64,000 nucleotides of DNA. Source: an uncultured euryarchaeote. GTDB taxonomy: Archaea > Thermoplasmatota > Poseidoniia > Poseidoniales > Thalassarchaeaceae. How positions within the stretch are numbered: the stretch's first letter is position 1; every line of letters begins with the position of its first letter. This document shows, one piece after another, positions 58,759 through 64,000 of this stretch. The notes beneath the pieces were generated by a model. The model was given only the letters and a program-made list of their open reading frames with translations. It was not told the DNA's origin and made no database searches. Position numbers and translations under genes: made by a program. Where the stretch lies: positions 8,350-72,349 of the forward strand of contig CALDRG010000064.1 of the NCBI GenBank assembly GCA_937911265.1, in the 5' to 3' direction.

Positions 58759-61700
58759 TCAGAGGGCGATGTTCTCTCCGCATACAGGGCACTTAGCGGC
58801 CTGGATATCGAGTGGAGCTTCGAACCTGCTGTCGCACTCAGGGCAAATGATTGGCTTGTTCAACTGTAAATCGGGAGGGCGGGATGCCTCCTCGGGAATT
58901 TTGACATCTGGCTCTGGAGTAGGAATCGGTATAGGTGGAAGTTCAAGGACGTCAACTATCTGACTCCGATTCTGTCGGCGTCCCCGACGTCCCTCGGCAC
59001 CTTCGTTGACCTCTACCAACTCGACCAACTGGACATCATCTTCCTCGCTCGTCTTCACAGCGATGTCTGTGTCATCGACAACGTCTACCACATCTTCTTC
59101 GAGCAGCACGGTGCCCGCCGCCTGGAAATTTCTTCGTCCCCTCATCCACCTGATGCCCCTAGCGGATAGAGTGATCAGGATGACGGTGCACAGAAGTAGA
59201 ATGGTGATGGCGAATCCACCTAGGAGGATGTTGAAGTTCTGCTTATCTAGGCCAAGAGCGTGCCTCAGTTCATCGATCAGGGATCCACCATCGCCGTTCG
59301 GGTCGTTGTCATCTACGACAGCCCTGATTAGCCAACCACTGGCAGAGGTATGGATGAAAACAGTCTCACTGCTGGCTGGAGAACGATCCATGAGGTAGAG
59401 GTTCCCGAGGTTGAGGCGGTTGGATAATCCAAGCCACCCTTCTTCAGCATCTATGATGCCAAACCTAACCTGCGGTCCGGTTGGTCCGACTACATCGAAG
59501 AACACCTGCACGCCTCTGTCAACCTCTTGCATCACGATGGAACTCAGTCCCCTTGAGGGGTAGGTGCGAGTCAGGTTGTCGATTGCTTCAAACGACGAAT
59601 CAGCCACTATGGCAATCATCACCGACTCGTGACCATCGCCTTCTCTCCACGCTGCCGTAATCCGCTCTTCCCCATTGATGATTTGGACTTTCATGACCGC
59701 GAGGGAAGCCTCGTCGCCAACCGTCTTCTTGAAGGTCCACGAAGACTGTTCAATGAGACCGTGTGCGTACCACAGGCCATATCTCTCTATCCCCGTTGAG
59801 TCACTTCTTGTGGACTGATACAGGAGGTGAGCTCCATCGTCCTCCCCGAACTCAATATCCAACGAACTTGCGGCCCCCGGAATCAGGTCTAACTCACCAA
59901 TGATGTTCGGAGTAAGCGTCCAGTCTGACGATTTGGTCGGGTTGTCCGCGTGCAGAAGGAAAACGCTGGTTTGATCGCCGAATGTACCTCCGGTGAACAT
60001 GTCTCTGTGATAGCCTGAGACTAGAACCTCCTCGTCATCGACGTCTATGTCAATGCCCCAGTACTTGCCATCCGAAAGCAAGAGGGGGGCCATCAGATCC
60101 TGTATCGGCGACATCTGGCAGGTGGCGTCTATGGCGGAGTAGCTCAGGGTCTGGAGGAAGTAACCAGAGGAATCGAGAAACCTCCGAGTCCAGACGATGT
60201 GCGCCCAACCGTCCTCGGTGCTCCAGGTTGCTATGTCGCCAGCCCACATCTCATCCAGTACGTTAGTGCAGGCTGTAGTACCCTTGTTGGAGTTCAACCT
60301 GTATAGCGACAGCATTCCTCCGTTGTTGGTGATGATTATACCCTCATCGTCGAGGTCGATGACCTTGATCGGTACCTCTCCTGCATCGAAGTTCATCGCG
60401 CGGGCACCTGATAGGGTGGACTCGTCCACCAGCACTGTCGTCTCGACCTGATTGTTGCTCCAATCTAGGTCGGCTAATCCGGAGCCACTCAGAGTGATTC
60501 TGACATCGAGAGGGCCGGACTGATTGGCCCGATGAGCGAAGGATAGCTGCGACGCACCCTGGCCGATAACTAGGGAGATTGCAGTAGATGACACCAGCTC
60601 CCAGCCCAGATTGTTGCGAATCTCTAGTGTGGCTTCGACGCTGGCGGCATCACTGGAGCCGAGATTATCGACTCTGGCTGTGATGAGGAACTGCTCGAGG
60701 GGCCGCGGTATCGCTGGCTCTGTCCTAACTGCCCCCTCTCGGAAGGCCAAGTCTATGCCTTGTGGTCTCTGGATGACTGGGAAGGTGATTGTCTGTCCAT
60801 TATCTTCCTCATTCAGCTCCTCAATCGAATCGGAAGGATCCAGGGAAACCATCACCACTTTGTCGCCGACGGTGGTCGGATTCCAGTAGAGTACCACTTC
60901 GATGATGTCGCCGCTGTCGATGCTGGGCAACACCATCTCGTCCTTGCGCGAACCGTCCTCATACAGTGCGATTGCGAGATTCGATGCCGCCAAATCACCA
61001 TCGTTACGAATCTCAGTTCGGATTTCTAGGAATGTGTTGACATATGTTTGAGTGAGATGAATCCCGTACTCTTCCACTGAGAGGCCGGTCCTGAACATCA
61101 GATTAGGGGCCGGTGGGTCGTTATCCACCTCGACGGTCCGACGTATCTCTTCGGAGTAGATTCCGTCTCCGCTAACCATCCTAGCGGAGAGGCGGTAAAA
61201 TCCGTCATCCACATCCTCGGTGCTCCAAGTCACAGACCAATCACCGCTACCGCTACCGCTTCCTCCGAAGGTCTGAGCAGTTCCCCAGGGGTCAGTGCCT
61301 AGCCTCCACTGCGCAGTTCCTCCGTTCACCGAATCCCAAGTACCGAACACGTTGACGTTCCCGGAGACAGGGCTCTGTCCGCTAGGGCCTCCCATAGTGA
61401 CGGCGACCAAGCCAACCTCATGCTTCTGCTCGATTACATCGCTCCACTGTCCAAATTCGTTCTTTGCCTGAGCCTCGATTATCACCTCAAGTATGTTGAT
61501 CTCATCCTCGGTGAACTCGGGTAAAGTGAATGGAGTTGTCCAGTTGGAGGTTCCTTGGGCTGCGTGCCAGTCAAGCAACACCACCTCTCTCTTCGGCTCG
61601 CCTTCGGGCCTATGTGTGTATGAGATTCTGACTGCTATCTCGTCGATACTGCCATTCGTCTCCGCATCCTCGTCTATGTGGCCTCTTGCACTGTAGGTTT

Positions 61701-63528
61701 CGCCCTCCACCAACCACGAGTCCACCTCAGGATTCTCCATGACTACCCAGTCCCCCGATCCAGGCGGAGGCGGGTCAGTATTGTTGTCCCCGGGATCCAC
61801 ATCTCCTCCGAGCATCGCCTCGAGAATCATGTTGCCATCGACGATGCCAAAGCCGTACTGTTCGTTCCACTTTTCCGTGATACTGGGTTCTGAGGCCTGC
61901 CCACGTCTTTCGGAATTGTTCTGTAAAAGGTCCTTGATCTCCTGCGGGCTGAGGTCGTCGTTTATCTGCAGCATGACTGCGATGAAACCGGCGACTGCGG
62001 GACAGGACATGCTTGTGCCGGACAGCTGGGTGTAACTGTCTTCGGCTAGAGGTTTAGGAGCCCCTGGGAGGGTGCTGCTAGAGGCAGCATTCTGAGCGGA
62101 CATTATGTTAGATCCAGGAGCTACCACTGTGGGCTTCAACTCCTCCCACTCGTTATTGTCTCCATCGTCCTCTCTAGGGCCAGAGTTGGAGTATGAGGCG
62201 ATCATATCATCCCCTCTCTCAATAGTATTCTCATCGTCTATGGCTCCGACGGTGATGGCGCTGTCGGAAGCACCGACAGATGTTATCCTCCTCCTGCCGT
62301 CGTTGCCAATGGCCGCGACCGGAACCACGCCGGCATCCGCTGCCTCGTCAACCGCTCTAGCTTCGGCGCTTGTACCGTTGTCACCGGGATCATCTCCTTG
62401 GGGGTCAGAGGCGGATCCGAAGGACATGGACATCACGTCGATACCCTCACTCGATTCGTTGTTCCCCCAGTCGTGATCGGCGTTGTCAATGACCCACTGT
62501 ATGCCTCTGAGCGTTGCTGCTGAGTTTGTTGCCCCGGCATCACTCATGACCTTGACGTCGACAAGATAGGCGCCAGGGGCATAGCCCTGATTTATGCGTC
62601 GATCGTCACCAGTTCCGAGGGCTATTCCAGCCACGTGAGTTCCGTGCCCGTCGGCATCGTCTGGGTCGATGCTGCCGTCGTCGCAATCCTGAGAGTTCCA
62701 TGAGGTCGCATCGCATCCTCCCAACCACTTTGGGTCGGCAAGTTCATCTGGCTCTTTTTCGTTGTCGTTGTTGTCGTCCGAGAAATCGTCCAGTGAGAAG
62801 TGCTCGTTGTCCACTCCGGTATCTAGGATGGCAATTACGACTCCAGAACCGTCGTAGCCAAAGTCCCGCATCGTCTCGTCGAAGACCTCGGAGTCCCTGA
62901 CCTTCGAGCCTCGAGATGCCTTGTCAAGCAGAGGTACTATCACGGTCTGTTCCTCAATCATCACCACTCCGTCAAGCAACCAGATTTCGATTAGCGAGCC
63001 CACAGGGACGTGGTCGATTACTATGGAGTCGAGGATTCGGAGGGGGTCGAACCACGAACCTTCTTCCTTCCAACCGTGGTCGAGCAGCACCGTCCTGATG
63101 GCATCGATGTCACTCTGTCCGGGGTGCCAAGAATAATCGACGACGATGGCGACAGTCGGTAGACCGTCCGATCCTGTGATTGAGGTCGTCGAAACCGATG
63201 TCCTTTCTCCGGCGATGATTCTCTGTAGTCTGTCGTCCATCCCGTCGGAGTCTAGGTCGTACCAGTACCCGAACCACCATCCGGGATCCTCGACCGGCCA
63301 ACCAGAATCGACAGGACGGATGCCTGGAGAACGGTCCTTCTCAGGGCACTTTTCGTCCCCGCACATCAGTGGCGAAGGTAGTCTTGGATTCGATATAACT
63401 GCAACCTCGGTACCCTCATCTGTGTCTGCTGGGACGTGTACTAAGGCGCTGGCTCCTATCGAGAAGTCCATCACGAGGAACAGTGCGACCACTATCAGAG
63501 GTAGTCTCGGATTCCTACTATGACTCAT
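58759..63528 (-). CDS. Giant membrane-anchored subtilisin-like serine protease (S8) with C-terminal TM and cytoplasmic zinc ribbon
   Basis: Signal peptide; catalytic triad contexts AILDTGVD, HGTHVAGIA, GTSMSCPAVAG; acidic Ca-site-like insert; about 1000 aa of beta-rich domains; TM ILLGGFAITILLLCTVILITL; tail CPECDSRF...CPVCGE. Confidence 0.85.
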   Translation of the reverse strand: MSHSRNPRLPLIVVALFLVMDFSIGASALVHVPADTDEGTEVAVISNPRLPSPLMCGDEKCPEKDRSPGIRPVDSGWPVEDPGWWFGYWYDLDSDGMDDRLQRIIAGERTSVSTTSITGSDGLPTVAIVVDYSWHPGQSDIDAIRTVLLDHGWKEEGSWFDPLRILDSIVIDHVPVGSLIEIWLLDGVVMIEEQTVIVPLLDKASRGSKVRDSEVFDETMRDFGYDGSGVVIAILDTGVDNEHFSLDDFSDDNNDNEKEPDELADPKWLGGCDATSWNSQDCDDGSIDPDDADGHGTHVAGIALGTGDDRRINQGYAPGAYLVDVKVMSDAGATNSAATLRGIQWVIDNADHDWGNNESSEGIDVMSMSFGSASDPQGDDPGDNGTSAEARAVDEAADAGVVPVAAIGNDGRRRITSVGASDSAITVGAIDDENTIERGDDMIASYSNSGPREDDGDNNEWEELKPTVVAPGSNIMSAQNAASSSTLPGAPKPLAEDSYTQLSGTSMSCPAVAGFIAVMLQINDDLSPQEIKDLLQNNSERRGQASEPSITEKWNEQYGFGIVDGNMILEAMLGGDVDPGDNNTDPPPPGSGDWVVMENPEVDSWLVEGETYSARGHIDEDAETNGSIDEIAVRISYTHRPEGEPKREVVLLDWHAAQGTSNWTTPFTLPEFTEDEINILEVIIEAQAKNEFGQWSDVIEQKHEVGLVAVTMGGPSGQSPVSGNVNVFGTWDSVNGGTAQWRLGTDPWGTAQTFGGSGSGSGDWSVTWSTEDVDDGFYRLSARMVSGDGIYSEEIRRTVEVDNDPPAPNLMFRTGLSVEEYGIHLTQTYVNTFLEIRTEIRNDGDLAASNLAIALYEDGSRKDEMVLPSIDSGDIIEVVLYWNPTTVGDKVVMVSLDPSDSIEELNEEDNGQTITFPVIQRPQGIDLAFREGAVRTEPAIPRPLEQFLITARVDNLGSSDAASVEATLEIRNNLGWELVSSTAISLVIGQGASQLSFAHRANQSGPLDVRITLSGSGLADLDWSNNQVETTVLVDESTLSGARAMNFDAGEVPIKVIDLDDEGIIITNNGGMLSLYRLNSNKGTTACTNVLDEMWAGDIATWSTEDGWAHIVWTRRFLDSSGYFLQTLSYSAIDATCQMSPIQDLMAPLLLSDGKYWGIDIDVDDEEVLVSGYHRDMFTGGTFGDQTSVFLLHADNPTKSSDWTLTPNIIGELDLIPGAASSLDIEFGEDDGAHLLYQSTRSDSTGIERYGLWYAHGLIEQSSWTFKKTVGDEASLAVMKVQIINGEERITAAWREGDGHESVMIAIVADSSFEAIDNLTRTYPSRGLSSIVMQEVDRGVQVFFDVVGPTGPQVRFGIIDAEEGWLGLSNRLNLGNLYLMDRSPASSETVFIHTSASGWLIRAVVDDNDPNGDGGSLIDELRHALGLDKQNFNILLGGFAITILLLCTVILITLSARGIRWMRGRRNFQAAGTVLLEEDVVDVVDDTDIAVKTSEEDDVQLVELVEVNEGAEGRRGRRQNRSQIVDVLELPPIPIPTPEPDVKIPEEASRPPDLQLNKPIICPECDSRFEAPLDIQAAKCPVCGENIAL

Positions 63529-63598
63529 GGCTCTCTTAGAGAGCCAAACTCAGATGAGGTATAATCCCAACCTGTCATGGCTCGTCTGTGACATCGGT

Positions 63599-64000
63599 TC
63601 AAGGCCACTTGACATGGCCGCCGGAAATGACACAGCGAATACGGCAGTTCTCACCTCTTATCTCAGTAATCATCTCACCGTCACAGACCGGGCAGATGGT
63701 ATGCTCCGAGAGCTCTTCCAGCCAAGCTCTCCTAGTTTCCAGTTCGTCGCCCTCCTCGCGCAACCTCCTCAGTATCATAGCAGCCCTTCCGTCAAGCGGT
63801 TTGTCAGCTGCGAACCATGGGTCGTCATCGAGGCTCCCCATACGTCCTATGGCCTGCGTCCGAAGGGCTCGGGCACGCTCCGAATGGGTCGCTGAACTCT
63901 CCGTCGAATCAAGTGAGCTGGGTGCGCCCCGAGCAATTGGCCTAGCAAGCAGGTAAGCTAGGAAGAATCCTCCTACGTGTGCCATGTGAGCGACATTCGA
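63599..64000 (-). CDS. Rhomboid-family intramembrane serine protease, 3' portion (5' end outside window), with C-terminal zinc-ribbon tail
   Basis: The ORF continues to the window edge; translated SNVAHMAHVGGFFLAYLL matches the rhomboid catalytic His helix (AHxxGxxxG); cytoplasmic tail CPVCDGE...CRIRC. Confidence 0.55.
   Translation of the reverse strand, partial: SNVAHMAHVGGFFLAYLLARPIARGAPSSLDSTESSATHSERARALRTQAIGRMGSLDDDPWFAADKPLDGRAAMILRRLREEGDELETRRAWLEELSEHTICPVCDGEMITEIRGENCRIRCVISGGHVKWP

Overview
This window is a gene-dense, high-GC chromosomal segment that I infer to be euryarchaeal. The proteins are strongly acidic and the content fits a marine Thermoplasmatota (Marine Group II/Poseidoniales-like) or related group II euryarchaeon, but taxonomy is inference only. 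Most of it is housekeeping. There is an RPA/RPA-associated pair, isoprenoid-lipid genes (GGPP synthase, geranylgeranyl reductase, class II HMG-CoA reductase) and a complete A1AO ATP synthase operon (atpHIKECFABD). The window also carries panE, a translationally coupled smc-scpA-scpB operon, the conserved PIN/aIF2-gamma/S6e cluster, Orc1/Cdc6, Dph2, L10e, aroA, aroD, tRNA-Ser(GCT), gyrA-gyrB and sufCBD with nfu and maf. Embedded among these are accessory-looking modules. First, a divergent Orc1/Cdc6-like AAA+ paralogue with an R-for-K Walker A and an acidic Pro-rich linker, whose start lies 9 bp downstream of a dense array of GCGTTAA repeats. Second, a surface-protein island containing a 1371-aa membrane-anchored HEFEH zinc metalloprotease with PKD repeats, a membrane-anchored glutaminyl cyclase and a Tmk-like kinase with a long C-terminal extension. 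Third, a 1589-aa membrane-anchored S8 subtilase lying downstream of a rhomboid protease, where both proteins carry cytoplasmic C-terminal zinc ribbons. No CRISPR array, transposase or integrase was seen. All calls rest on motif recognition in the supplied translations; no searches were run.
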